This document shows, piece by piece, positions 15,714 through 15,770 of a stretch of 15,770 nt of DNA. The position numbers and the translations under genes are program-made. Within the stretch, counting starts at the first letter, position 1; every line of letters begins with the position of its first letter. A model generated the notes under the pieces. The model did no database searches. It worked only from the letters and a program-made list of their open reading frames with translations, and was not told the DNA's origin. Location of the stretch: the NCBI GenBank assembly GCA_051382335.1, contig JBBCAX010000355.1, positions 1 to 15,770 on the forward strand, read 5' to 3'. Source of the stretch: Deltaproteobacteria bacterium TL4 (GTDB lineage: Bacteria > SAR324 > NAC60-12).

Positions 15714-15770
15714 CTCTGGGTCTCAGAGGTAAATCCATGCGATTTAAAAGTTCGTTAAACAGATTTCTGT
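15644..15770. mobile_element. Terminus of an IS/MITE inserted in the 3' end of the HEPN gene and running off the window
   Basis: GGGCTTGGTCGTAAGTTC (15644-15661) is 17/18 identical to the reverse complement of the MITE end 10338-10355 (21/24 when extended). It lies about where the other two HEPN copies reach their stop codons. Confidence 0.6.
15737..15770 (+). CDS. Start of an unidentified ORF (possibly a transposase), truncated by the window edge
   Basis: AGAGGT RBS at 15725-15730, then ATG 15737; open to the window end (MRFKSSLNRFL). Confidence 0.3.
   Translation, partial: MRFKSSLNRFL

Overview
AT-rich bacterial surface-glycan (LPS/O-antigen/glycoprotein) biosynthesis and modification region; every credible gene is on the + strand. 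From left to right: (1) the 3' end of an ISKra4/ISLre2-like transposase; (2) a compact block of a GT-C-fold membrane glycosyltransferase, a cobalamin-dependent radical SAM enzyme, a UbiA-family polyprenyl-phosphate phosphoribosyltransferase and a class I methyltransferase; (3) a radical SAM/SPASM enzyme and a FemAB-like GNAT; (4) a heavily rearranged 3-kb zone (7450-10480) holding several MITE/REP-like elements, a WbqC remnant, a Phd antitoxin fused to a HEPN toxin fragment, a PD-(D/E)XK-like gene between two near-identical broken HEPN copies, and a truncated paralog of the FemAB-like GNAT; (5) an Eis-like GNAT, a divergent DegT-like PLP enzyme, a PFTS-motif polysaccharide protein and an MNT-HEPN toxin-antitoxin pair whose 3' end is replaced by an IS terminus. 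The best candidate for a novel system is the GT-C + B12 radical SAM + phosphoribosyltransferase + methyltransferase block, which may build and transfer a modified lipid-linked pentose without neighbouring DprE1/DprE2. All family calls come from motif recognition; no database searches were run.
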